NCBI GenBank assembly: GCA_031409275.1
Contig: JANNXA010000040.1
Span: forward strand, 32,001 to 96,000
Direction of reading: 5' to 3'
From: Planctomycetota bacterium
GTDB lineage: Bacteria > Planctomycetota > B15-G4 > SIAN01
Length of the DNA: 64,000 nt
The stretch's first letter is position 1. The number at the start of each line of letters is the position of its first letter. The notes beneath the pieces were generated by a model. It was not told the origin of the DNA. It saw nothing but the letters and a program-made list of their open reading frames with translations, and ran no database searches. Positions 47,504-56,746 of this stretch are shown in pieces. Position numbers and translations under genes: made by a program.

Positions 47504-48363
47504 GCGACGGCCGGAAAGCTCGCGAGCGGAGGCGCCGCGGCCGCCAGCTCGGCGCACGTGGTGAAGGGGAATTCATCGATCAGCTGCGCCAGGCGCGACG
47601 CGGTCCGATCGAGGTTCCGGTAGTGGCGCAGATGGCCGACGCGGCCGATGACCGATGCAGCGGCACGCGGCTGCCCCGGATCGAGTTCCCACGGATGCAG
47701 GTAGACGACTCCCGGCGCCCCCGCTGCATTCATGGCGCGCAACGCTCGCTGCGTGAACCAGAGCGGCAGCTGCCGGAGGTAGCCGCCGCCGGCCGCCGGC
47801 AGGTTCTGTCCCAGCAGTCGCCAGGTCAGCAGGGGCAGCTCGACGATGGTTCCACCGCCAGTCGACAGCGTCACCGGCGTGCGCGGGAAGTCGGGGATGC
47901 CGTAGCGATCGTGGCGCACCGGGAAGATGCTCGAGTCGTAGGCCAGCCCGAGCTTCACCAGCCGCTCGAGCGCCCACCACGTCGGACGGGTGACGGAGAA
48001 CGTCGACGCCCGGAAGCCGCGGATGGGCCCGCGTGCGAGCGGCGACAGCAGCTCGAGGCTCCTGCGAACGTCGGCCTCGAATCCCTCGGGCCCGAGCTCC
48101 TGCGCCATGCGGTGCGAATGGCCGTGCGAGGCGATCTCGTGGCCCGCCGAGACGATCGCGCGCACCACCTCGGGCTCATGCTCGGCGATCCAGCCGAGCA
48201 CGAAGAAGGTCGCCTTGCGGCCCGCTCGGTCGAGCAGCCGCAGCGACTCCTCGACGCCCACGATGGCGCGCCACGGCAGCCGCTCCCAGTCGCGCTCCGG
48301 AAAGGCCGCGCGCAGGTTGACCGCGTGGAAGTACTCCTCGACATCGATCGAAAGGGCGTTCAT
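47500..48363 (-). CDS. XrtA-system polysaccharide deacetylase
   Basis: SIDVEEYFH, ATFFVLGWIAE, GHEIASHG..H, YDSSIFPVRHDRYG, GGGYLR, YLHPWELDP. Confidence 0.9.
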   Translation of the reverse strand: MNALSIDVEEYFHAVNLRAAFPERDWERLPWRAIVGVEESLRLLDRAGRKATFFVLGWIAEHEPEVVRAIVSAGHEIASHGHSHRMAQELGPEGFEADVRRSLELLSPLARGPIRGFRASTFSVTRPTWWALERLVKLGLAYDSSIFPVRHDRYGIPDFPRTPVTLSTGGGTIVELPLLTWRLLGQNLPAAGGGYLRQLPLWFTQRALRAMNAAGAPGVVYLHPWELDPGQPRAAASVIGRVGHLRHYRNLDRTASRLAQLIDEFPFTTCAELAAAAPPLASFPAVA

Positions 48364-49019
48364 CGCGGGGGCGGACTTTCGCGGTCCAGCGGGTCGATCG
48401 CAAGCGCGCGGTCGACTTCGGGAAGGAATCGCTCGAGGAAGCGGCCGAGACGGAGCCGCGCCGCATCGCGATCGCCGTCCGCGAGCGAGGTCGAGAAGCG
48501 CAGCAGCGCGGCGGGCGCGGCCTCGCGCCGCAACCGAGCCTGGAGCGCCAGCCACTGCTCGTGCCACCACGAACCGGTCTCTTCGTCGCCGACGCGGTAC
48601 CACGACCAGACCATCTCGCGAACCCCGTCCTGCGCGATCACGAGCTCTTCCAGCGAACGCGGGCGGCCGGCGAGCCGCACCTCCCACTCGACATGGGTCT
48701 CGATCGTCCACCCCTGCCCGCGGTAGCAGACCTCCGGCGGATGGGCCGCCTTGTTCGCCGGGCCGGCGACGGCGAGGCACGCCAGGACGCGGTCGCCTGC
48801 GGCCGTCGTGTAACGACGCAGCAACACGTCGCGCGTCTCCAGCAATCGGTACTGCCGTTCTTCGAGCGGCACGTCGACACCGACGTATCCGGCAAGCTCC
48901 ATCGGCAAGGTCGCGACATGCAGCACGCCGGCGATCGGCACCGGTGCGCGCAGCAACGCGGTGCCTGCCCACGCGAGCAGCGCCAGCAGCACGGCGACGA
49001 CGAAGCGGGACCGGCTCAT
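48360..49019 (-). CDS. epsI: Exosortase-associated EpsI family protein
   Basis: HPPEVCYRGQGW, VWSWY, LLRFST; adjacent to the exosortase. Confidence 0.85.
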   Translation of the reverse strand: MSRSRFVVAVLLALLAWAGTALLRAPVPIAGVLHVATLPMELAGYVGVDVPLEERQYRLLETRDVLLRRYTTAAGDRVLACLAVAGPANKAAHPPEVCYRGQGWTIETHVEWEVRLAGRPRSLEELVIAQDGVREMVWSWYRVGDEETGSWWHEQWLALQARLRREAAPAALLRFSTSLADGDRDAARLRLGRFLERFLPEVDRALAIDPLDRESPPPR

Positions 49020-49870
49020 GGCGCGGCTCCGCGCGGGCCGCGTCGCCGCAGGAGCTGCTCCGCCAGCACGAAGCCGCCGATGGCGAGCGCGTAGACCAAC
49101 GCGTTGGTCACGTCGTGCCAGTCGCCCACCTTCGCTGCGCCATGCGCGAGCCCGATCCACGCCAGCGAGAGCACGCGCACCAGATTCGAAAGCAGTGCGA
49201 CCGGCAGCGCCAGCGCGAGCAGAACGACGCGCCGCGCGGGCGAGAGTGTCGTCGCCGAACCGGCCATGAACGCCCCGAGTGCCGCGAGCGCGATCGCCGA
49301 CGAAAGGCCGGAGCACTCGTCGTCCACCAGGAGTCGCTCGCCGCCTGGCAGCACCAGGAACGAGCCGGCGGCATGGATCCCGGTCCCCGCCCAGCCAAGC
49401 AGCGCGCCGCTGGCGGTGAGAACCACCTGCTTCAGCGATTGCACCGTGTCGGCAAGCAACTCCATCGGCCAGGGCACGGCGAAGAGCAGGAAGCCGAGCG
49501 GAACGGCGAGACGCCGCAGGAAGCGGGCGCCGAAGAGGAGCCAGGCGAGCCCGGCCGCCAGCAGCAGCAGCGCCACGACGGTCGGCGAATCGACCCGCAC
49601 GAAGGTCGCCGCGAGCAGCAGCGCCGTCGCGGGCAGCGCCAGCAGCAAGCCGCGCCAATCGCCACGCGCCTCCGCTGCCGCTTCCGCCAACGACTTTCGA
49701 CGCGCGAAGGCGAGCCACGCGGCCGCGAACGGCACCAGCGGACCGTGCGAGAAGAAGCCGTCAGGCTGCTGCCAGCGGCTCCAGATCCACGGCGCCAGCG
49801 GAATGAACGCGGCCGCCAGCAGCAGCGCAGGAACCCAGGCGAGTCGGCGCGAGAGCAGCGGCGCGCTCAT
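49016..49870 (-). CDS. Exosortase (EpsH/Xrt family)
   Basis: FSHGPLVP, multiple TMs, VDDECSG (Cys), NLVRV (Arg), WHD (His) catalytic triad. Confidence 0.92.
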   Translation of the reverse strand: MSAPLLSRRLAWVPALLLAAAFIPLAPWIWSRWQQPDGFFSHGPLVPFAAAWLAFARRKSLAEAAAEARGDWRGLLLALPATALLLAATFVRVDSPTVVALLLLAAGLAWLLFGARFLRRLAVPLGFLLFAVPWPMELLADTVQSLKQVVLTASGALLGWAGTGIHAAGSFLVLPGGERLLVDDECSGLSSAIALAALGAFMAGSATTLSPARRVVLLALALPVALLSNLVRVLSLAWIGLAHGAAKVGDWHDVTNALVYALAIGGFVLAEQLLRRRGPRGAAP

Positions 49871-51027
49871 GGCGAGCCCCGTTCGCGACGCGCGCGCAAC
49901 GCCTCGAACTCGGCCACGACCCGCGCGGCGTTGTGATCCCAGGTCAGCCCGAGTGCGTCGATCGTCGCGCGTCCCGCGGCGCCGATGCGCGCGCGCACGA
50001 CCGGATCGGCGACCAGGGCCGCGAGGCGAGCCGAGAAATCGGCATCGTTGGATGGATCGAACAGCACGCCGTTCTCCCCATCACGCACCACTTCGCGCAG
50101 GTTCGGTCGATTCGGCACGAGCGCGGCACGCGACGCGGCGAAGTAGTCGAGCAGCTTGAGCGGCGAAGCGTACTCGGTCACTTCCGGCAACAGCGCGACG
50201 TCGAACGCGGCGACCGTGTCGAGCACCTGCGCGCGCGGCAGCGTGCCGAGGAACACGACCTGCGCCGCGACGCCAGCCGCGACGGCGAGCTGTTCGAGGC
50301 GCGCTCGATCGGGCCCCTCGCCCACCACCGCGAGCAGCGCGCGCGGCTCATTGCGCAGGAAGGGATAGACGCGATCGAGTCGGTTCCAGTCGCGCACGAA
50401 ACCGACGAACCCGAGCACGATCCGCTCCTGCCAGCCGCGCGCGCGACGCAGCGCGGCGCCATCGAGCGGACGTGACAGCGCCGCGGGTTCCAGGCCGTTC
50501 CAATGCACTTCAAGGCGCTCCGGCGCGACCCCTTGCTGCTCCATCAGCTGCGCCATCGCGCGGGTGACGACGATCACCCGATCGGCGCGGTTGAGCGTGT
50601 GCGTCTCGAGACGGCGTGCATGGTTGGCGAGGCGGAGTCCCCCGTGGCGCGAGCGTTCGAGCGCGAGCGGCGCGTTCACCTCGATCATCAGCGGCAGCCG
50701 CAGCGAGCGCGCCGCCGCGGCGGCGCTCGTCGTGAACAACGCATGGCGCGCGTAGATCGCCTCGGGACGGAACCGGCGCGCCGCGCGCATCAGCTGCAGA
50801 CGCTCCGGGACGTTGTAGGCCAGTTCGGCGAGCTCACGCACGAGGCTGGCGCGAGGAGGACCGGCGTCGACGGCGGCACGTCCGGCGACGCCGGGCGCTT
50901 CGACCCGTGGCCGCGGCTCGACGATCTCGACTTCGTGGCCGGCCCGAACCAGCGCACCGACGAGCCCTTCGATGTGGATGCGTTGACCGTCGCGCGAGCG
51001 CGTTCGATGGTGATAGAGGATCCTCAT
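49867..51027 (-). CDS. Glycosyltransferase family 4
   Basis: DGQRIH, EVNAP, LGFVGFVRDW, SPLKLLDY. Confidence 0.88.
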   Translation of the reverse strand: MRILYHHRTRSRDGQRIHIEGLVGALVRAGHEVEIVEPRPRVEAPGVAGRAAVDAGPPRASLVRELAELAYNVPERLQLMRAARRFRPEAIYARHALFTTSAAAAARSLRLPLMIEVNAPLALERSRHGGLRLANHARRLETHTLNRADRVIVVTRAMAQLMEQQGVAPERLEVHWNGLEPAALSRPLDGAALRRARGWQERIVLGFVGFVRDWNRLDRVYPFLRNEPRALLAVVGEGPDRARLEQLAVAAGVAAQVVFLGTLPRAQVLDTVAAFDVALLPEVTEYASPLKLLDYFAASRAALVPNRPNLREVVRDGENGVLFDPSNDADFSARLAALVADPVVRARIGAAGRATIDALGLTWDHNAARVVAEFEALRARRERGSP

Positions 51028-52220
51028 CGAGCCGCTCCGGCGGCGCGGCGCGCGAGGATCCGCTCGAAGAGCGACTGCATGCCAGCGACGGTCGCCGCCC
51101 AGGAGTGCTGCTCCGCGTAGGCCCGCACGCGGGCGCGATCGCGGGGCGCGTCGAGCAGCGCGGTGATGGTTGCGGCCACCGCGGTCGGCGTCGGCGCGTC
51201 GATCAGCAGGCCGACCGACTCGTCGCGCACGACTTCAGGCGTACCGAACACGCGCGTCGCAGCGACCGGCGTCCCGCACGCCATGCTCTCGAGCAGCACG
51301 TTCGGCCACCCTTCGCGCGACGACAAGAGCGCCAGCACGTCGGCCGCCGAGTAGGCGACATGCAGCTGCGCGTGGGCCATGCGGCCGCAGAACTCGACGC
51401 GATCGGCGATCCCGAGCGTGACCGCCTGCGCCGCGAGGCGCACGCGCTCCTCGCCGTCGCCGACCAGCTTGACGACGACGTCGGCTGGCAGTCGCGGCAA
51501 CGTGGCGAGCAGATGGTGCGGGCCCTTGCGCTCGATCAGGTGGCCGACGGCCAGCACGATGCGTCTTTGCTGAGGCCAACCCAGCTGCGCGCGCGCCGCG
51601 GCGCGATCGAGCGGCCGGAACTTGGCGAGGTCGACGCCGTTGCGCAACGTCACCGTCTCTAGCTCCGGTGGCGCCAGCGCCGCCATCTCGACGCGCAACG
51701 CCTCGGCCACGGCGACCGCCGCATCGGCGCGCGCCAGCAGGAAGCGCAGCCAGCGCCGCGGGATCGCGTGACGCGGGATCAGGTTCACGTCGCTGCCGCG
51801 CGCGGTCACGCACAGCGGCAGATGCACGGCTCGCGCGATCAGCGCCGCCGCGACACCGTCGGGGTAGAGGTAGTGCGCATCGATGAGATCGAAGCGCTCG
51901 CCCTGCGCCAGGAGCTTCCGCACCACCGCCTTGCCGGCGCGCGCCAGCGTCAGCGGCGCCACGTTCATGCTGACCTTCGGCAGCAGCAGGTAGCGCGGAT
52001 GGAGGACGCGCAACCCGTCGCGCGACTCCTCGGCCGGCACCTCGCGCAGCTCGCCGAAGCGGCCGCGCGCCAGCGCGCGCGGCACGAAGGGCACCGGCGC
52101 CACCACCACCGCACTTCCGCCCGTCGCCGCCATCCAGTGGCGCAGCCGCTCCAGCACGAAGACGCCGTGGTGCGGCGCGCCAGGATGCGGGAAGAGGGTG
52201 GTGAAGACGAGCAGGCGCAT
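51024..52220 (-). CDS. Glycosyltransferase family 4 (TuaC-like)
   Basis: DAHYLYPDG, TARGSDVN, VGHLIERKG, EGWPNVLLESMACG. Confidence 0.9.
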   Translation of the reverse strand: MRLLVFTTLFPHPGAPHHGVFVLERLRHWMAATGGSAVVVAPVPFVPRALARGRFGELREVPAEESRDGLRVLHPRYLLLPKVSMNVAPLTLARAGKAVVRKLLAQGERFDLIDAHYLYPDGVAAALIARAVHLPLCVTARGSDVNLIPRHAIPRRWLRFLLARADAAVAVAEALRVEMAALAPPELETVTLRNGVDLAKFRPLDRAAARAQLGWPQQRRIVLAVGHLIERKGPHHLLATLPRLPADVVVKLVGDGEERVRLAAQAVTLGIADRVEFCGRMAHAQLHVAYSAADVLALLSSREGWPNVLLESMACGTPVAATRVFGTPEVVRDESVGLLIDAPTPTAVAATITALLDAPRDRARVRAYAEQHSWAATVAGMQSLFERILARRAAGAAR

Positions 52221-52230
52221 GGCGGCGCTT

Positions 52231-54129
52231 TCATCCCTCCGGCAGCCAGCGGCGCTCGAACGCGCGCAGCACGCGCAGCGCGTAGAGCGGCTCGGAGAGG
52301 TCGCGCCACCCCTTCTGGTGGCGTTCGAGCATCGCGGCCACCGTCCCGCGATCGACCGTGCGAGGCATGTCGAACGGCGCGCCGCTTGCCAGCTCGCGCT
52401 TCACCCATTGCTGCAGCGGCGGCGCGAAACCCTGCTTGCCACGCGCGATCGTGTGGGCCGGCAGGTGCGCCGCAGCGGCGCGACGGAACAGCCACTTGCC
52501 GACCCCTTCGCGGATCTTCAGGTCCGGCGGCAGCGACGCCGCGAACTCGACCAACCGCCAATCGAGCAGTGGTTCACGCGCTTCGAGGCTCACGGCCATC
52601 GTCGCGCGATCGCTCTTGGTGAGGATGTACTCCGGAAGCCAGGTGTGGAAGTCGGCGTACTGCGCGCGCGCCAACGGATCGTCGCTCGGCGCAGCGTCGT
52701 ACCAGCGCCGATGCTCCGCGCTCGGATCGTGGTTGGCCGCGGCGATGCGCAGGTCGGGATGCAACAGCGCACGCGCCTCCTCGATCTCCATCTGGCAGAC
52801 CGAACGGAAATAGGCGGCGGCCGGTGCGCGGCCGAGATTCCGCAGCGTCGTCTTCGCGCGCAGCCGCCGCGGCAGCCAATCGCCCTTCGGCCACACGCCG
52901 CCGCCGAGCTTGAAGAGCGAACGGAACAGCGCTCCTGGCAGCAGCGAGCGCACGCGGTGCTCGGCCAGGTCGAAGCGATAGCGCCGATAGCCCGCGAAGC
53001 ACTCGTCGCCGCCGTCGCCCGAGAGCGCGACGGTGACGCTCCTCCTCGCCTCGCGCGCGAGCAGGTAGGTCGGGATCGCGGAAGGATCCGAGAAGGGCTC
53101 GTCGAAGTAGTCGGCGAGCGTGTCGACGAGCCCCATCGCCGCCGGCTCGAGTTCGTGCACTTCGTGGCGGATCGAGAGCGCCTGCGCGACGATGCGCGCG
53201 TGCTCGACCTCGCTCTGGTCCCAACCCTTGAAGCCGATGGTGACGGCATGGACGTCGCGCCCTTGCAGTTGCGCCATCGCCGCGACCACGGCCGACGAGT
53301 CGAGCCCGCCCGAGAGGAACGCGCCGAGCGGGACGTCGGAGAGGAGGCGCAGCTTCACCGAATCGACCAGCAGCTCCCACAGCTGCTCGGCGAGCTGTTC
53401 CGGAGTGCCGCGATTCGTCCCGAACGCCGGCAAGTCCCACCACTTCTCGATCTTCACGTCGAGGCCGCCGCGGCCGTCGCGCTGCACCTTCATGAAGTGG
53501 CCGGCGGGCAGCTTCTGCGCGCCCTTCCAGATCGTGCGCGGCGACGGGACGTAGCGCAGGCAGAGGAACTCGAGCAGCGCGGCGGGGTCGAGCTCGCGGC
53601 GCAGGCTGCCTTCGGCGAGCAGCGTCTTCAGCTCGGAGCCGAAGACGAGTCCGCGTGACGTCTGCGCGTAGTGGAGCGGCTTCACGCCGAGGCGGTCGCG
53701 CGCGAGGAAGAGCGAGTCCTTGCGGCGATCGTGGATCGCGAGCGTGAAGAAGCCGTTCAGCCGCGCGAGCAGCCGTTCCGGGCGATCGTCGCGGTGGCGT
53801 TCATACAGGTAGACGAGCACCTCGGTGTCCGACTGCGATCGGAAGCGGACGCCCTGCTGCTCGAGCTCGGCGCGCAGCTCGCGGAAGTTGAAGATCTCGC
53901 CGTTGAAGACCACCGCGATCGAGCCGTCCGGCGAGTACATCGGCTGGTTGCCGTCGGGCGAGAGGTCGAGGATCGCGAGCCGGCGGTTGTGCAGCCCGAT
54001 GCCGGAGTGGAGCGTCGACCCGTGCGCATCGGGGCCGCGATGCTTCATCGCCTCGCCCATCGCGACGAGCTCCTCGACGCGGGCCGGAGCCGCGGGGTCG
54101 TTCGCGAAGAAGCCAGTGATGCCGCACAT
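52231..54129 (-). CDS. asnB: Asparagine synthase (glutamine-hydrolysing) family amidotransferase
   Basis: MCGI N-terminal Cys, HRGPD, RRLAILDL, FNGEIFN, FLSGGLDSS, SGDGGDE, DRATMAVSLEAR. Context suggests a glycan amidotransferase. Confidence 0.9.
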   Translation of the reverse strand: MCGITGFFANDPAAPARVEELVAMGEAMKHRGPDAHGSTLHSGIGLHNRRLAILDLSPDGNQPMYSPDGSIAVVFNGEIFNFRELRAELEQQGVRFRSQSDTEVLVYLYERHRDDRPERLLARLNGFFTLAIHDRRKDSLFLARDRLGVKPLHYAQTSRGLVFGSELKTLLAEGSLRRELDPAALLEFLCLRYVPSPRTIWKGAQKLPAGHFMKVQRDGRGGLDVKIEKWWDLPAFGTNRGTPEQLAEQLWELLVDSVKLRLLSDVPLGAFLSGGLDSSAVVAAMAQLQGRDVHAVTIGFKGWDQSEVEHARIVAQALSIRHEVHELEPAAMGLVDTLADYFDEPFSDPSAIPTYLLAREARRSVTVALSGDGGDECFAGYRRYRFDLAEHRVRSLLPGALFRSLFKLGGGVWPKGDWLPRRLRAKTTLRNLGRAPAAAYFRSVCQMEIEEARALLHPDLRIAAANHDPSAEHRRWYDAAPSDDPLARAQYADFHTWLPEYILTKSDRATMAVSLEAREPLLDWRLVEFAASLPPDLKIREGVGKWLFRRAAAAHLPAHTIARGKQGFAPPLQQWVKRELASGAPFDMPRTVDRGTVAAMLERHQKGWRDLSEPLYALRVLRAFERRWLPEG

Positions 54130-54139
54130 GAGTCGTTTC

Positions 54140-55543
54140 CTACGAAGTCGCCGGCAGCGCGGCCGGCGAGGCGGTCCACGCCTGCTCGAACACCGAGAGC
54201 AGCTCGTCGCCGAGACGGTCGTAACGGAAGCGATCGGTGCCGACCGCGGCCGCCGCGTTCGTGCCGCGATCGCGCGCGCCAGCGATGGCCCGTTCCAGTG
54301 CCGCCGCGATGGCGGCCGGATCGTCGGGCTCGGCGCGCTCGCTTCGCACGCCGGCCTGCGCGAGGATCTCGGCGATCGCCCCGCCCGCACGCGACAGGGT
54401 CACGATCGGTCGGCCGGCCGCGAAGTACTCGTAGAGCTTGCCCGGCACCTGCACCTCCGGCTCGCGGTTCTCTGGCCCGAGGATCAGCAGCAGGTCGCTC
54501 TGGCGTTGGCGCGCGAGCGATGCCGCGTGCGCCATCGGTCCGGGGATCGAGAGCGCGCTCGCAACGCCGAGCTGCTCGGCCTGGCCGCGAAACGCCGCTT
54601 CGCCGTCGATGCCGCCGATGAAGGTGACGCGCAGCTGCGCGAACGCCGCAGGGGCGCGCTCCTTCAACTGCGCGAGCCCCTGCAACAGGTACTTGCCGCT
54701 GCGAAGACCGTAGAGCTGGCCGAAGTGCGCCAGCTCGACGCCGCCTTCGAAGGCGCCGCCGGTCGCCGCTGGCAGGTGGGCGTAGGCGTCGGGGTCGAAG
54801 CCGTTCGGGATCGTGCGCGCGCGCATGAAGTCGGGATAGCGCGCGCGAAACTGCCGTTCGAGCGCCGGGGTGTTCAGCACGACCTGCGCCGCGGAGGCGA
54901 CCACGCGCCGTTCGAGCGCCGCGTCGAGCCGACGGAAGCGCTCGCTGGCGTAGCGACGGAAGGGGTTGCCCATCCACGGGTCGCGGAAATCGAGGACGAG
55001 CGGGCAGTGGAAGAGGCCGGCGAGCGCGCTCCCGACCAGATGCATCGTGTGCGGCGGGCTGGTGGAGAAGACGATCTCGGGCTCATCACCGCGCAACGCG
55101 AGCGCCGCGCGGGCGACGGCAAGCGGCAGCCATGGCAGGTAGCGATCGGGGAGCGCGATCGCCTCGGTGACGAGGTCCTGCCAACGCCGCGCGCTCGAAG
55201 GACGCAGCACGGCGGGCGTCGCCACCGCCGGCGTCACCGCCGCAGCGGGCGTACCCGACGCAGTAGCCGCGCCATGGAGGCCATTCGCGCGACGCAGCGC
55301 TTTCAACCAGCCCCATAGGCGGAACGGATCGAGCAGCGGCACGCGCACGATGCGTACGTCGCGCGGCACCTTCGCCAGCAACGCCTCGTCGAGCCGTTCC
55401 CCTTTCGGCGGGACGCCGGTCAGCACGGTGACGCGCAACCCGCGCCGCACCAGATGGCGCACGAACTGCAGCGGTCGATGGACGCCGCCGCCGGAAAGCG
55501 GCGGGAACCACCAGGCGACCACCAGCACGTGGCGCCCGCTCAT
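54140..55543 (-). CDS. Glycosyltransferase family 4-like
   Basis: WWFPP..GGGVHR, TSPP, DFRDPW, IPNGFD, PGKLYEYFA. Confidence 0.85.
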   Translation of the reverse strand: MSGRHVLVVAWWFPPLSGGGVHRPLQFVRHLVRRGLRVTVLTGVPPKGERLDEALLAKVPRDVRIVRVPLLDPFRLWGWLKALRRANGLHGAATASGTPAAAVTPAVATPAVLRPSSARRWQDLVTEAIALPDRYLPWLPLAVARAALALRGDEPEIVFSTSPPHTMHLVGSALAGLFHCPLVLDFRDPWMGNPFRRYASERFRRLDAALERRVVASAAQVVLNTPALERQFRARYPDFMRARTIPNGFDPDAYAHLPAATGGAFEGGVELAHFGQLYGLRSGKYLLQGLAQLKERAPAAFAQLRVTFIGGIDGEAAFRGQAEQLGVASALSIPGPMAHAASLARQRQSDLLLILGPENREPEVQVPGKLYEYFAAGRPIVTLSRAGGAIAEILAQAGVRSERAEPDDPAAIAAALERAIAGARDRGTNAAAAVGTDRFRYDRLGDELLSVFEQAWTASPAALPATS

Positions 55544-56736
55544 GGCAGGGCTCCACGCGTCGCCGTCTCTTCGACCAGTTCCACGAAGCGTCCGAGGACC
55601 GCCGGCCACGCGTAGCGCGCCTCGACCAGCGCACGCCCTGCGACCGCGAGCTGCGCGCGGCGCGGCGCGTCGGCGAGCAGCGCGATCACCTGTTCCGAGA
55701 GCGCGGCCACATCGTTGCCGACGACGAACTCGACACCGGCCGTTCCCTCGATCCCCTTCGCCGTCTCCTGGCTCGCGACCAACGGCAGCCCGCTGGCCAG
55801 CGCTTCGAGCGCCTTGTTCTGGATGCCGCGCGCGATGCGAAAGGGCAGCACCGCCAGCGTCGCACGCTGCAGGAACGGCGTCACCGAGGCCACGTCGGCA
55901 TGCAGTTCCACGCCCGACTCCCGCGTCAGCGCGCGGACCGCCGCGCTCGGCGCGCGGCCCACCAACGTGACGACGGCGGCCGGCACGACGGCGCGCACGC
56001 GCGGCAGCACTTCGAGGACGAGCTGGCGCGCCGCATCGACGTTCGCCTCGTAATCGAGCGCGCCGACAAACAGCAGTTCGTGGGCGGCGCGGCCAGCCGG
56101 GCCGGCGAACGGGTAGGCGTCGAGATCGACGCCGTTCTTCAGCACTTCCAACCGGCGCGGCGTCACGAAGCTGCGCAGCGAGAGCGCCTCCTCGTCGGTG
56201 CACACCAGCGTCAAGTCGGCGTCGAGGCAGGCGCGCCGCTCGAGCGCGCGCAACCGCTTCGCCTCGATGCCGCAAGCGATCCGCGCCGGGCCGCGCACGG
56301 TGCCGCGCTCGTGATAGAGGCGGAACTTCTCCGAGTCGACGTCCACGAGATCGAGGACGCGCGGCCGCCAGCCTGCGACCAGCGGATCGACCGCTCCGCT
56401 GTAGACGACGACGGCATCGAAACGCGGTCCGTCGCGAAGTTCCGCGAGCCGCGCCACCAACTCCGGTTCGGCGAAGTGGGCGGCCGTCAGCGAGCGCCCG
56501 CTCGGCAGCGCGCCTGCGGCGCGCAATCGCGCCCCCCACTTCGAAAGGCGCACGACCGTCATGCTCGCGACCGCGTCACGCCACGCTGGCGCCGGATCGA
56601 TCTCGTCCTCGTCCGCGAGGGTGCACAGATGCACCTCGTGTCGCTTCACGAGCGCGGCAAGCTGGTGAAATGCCCGGATCTTGTCGCCCTTCGTCGGGCG
56701 ATCGGGCACGCGATGCGCAAGGTAGAGGAGCCGCAT
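55540..56736 (-). CDS. PEP-CTERM/XrtA-system glycosyltransferase
   Basis: LAHRVP..P.KGDKIRA, DLVDVDSEK, IARGIQNKALEA. Confidence 0.88.
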   Translation of the reverse strand: MRLLYLAHRVPDRPTKGDKIRAFHQLAALVKRHEVHLCTLADEDEIDPAPAWRDAVASMTVVRLSKWGARLRAAGALPSGRSLTAAHFAEPELVARLAELRDGPRFDAVVVYSGAVDPLVAGWRPRVLDLVDVDSEKFRLYHERGTVRGPARIACGIEAKRLRALERRACLDADLTLVCTDEEALSLRSFVTPRRLEVLKNGVDLDAYPFAGPAGRAAHELLFVGALDYEANVDAARQLVLEVLPRVRAVVPAAVVTLVGRAPSAAVRALTRESGVELHADVASVTPFLQRATLAVLPFRIARGIQNKALEALASGLPLVASQETAKGIEGTAGVEFVVGNDVAALSEQVIALLADAPRRAQLAVAGRALVEARYAWPAVLGRFVELVEETATRGALP

Positions 56737-56746
56737 GCCGCATCGC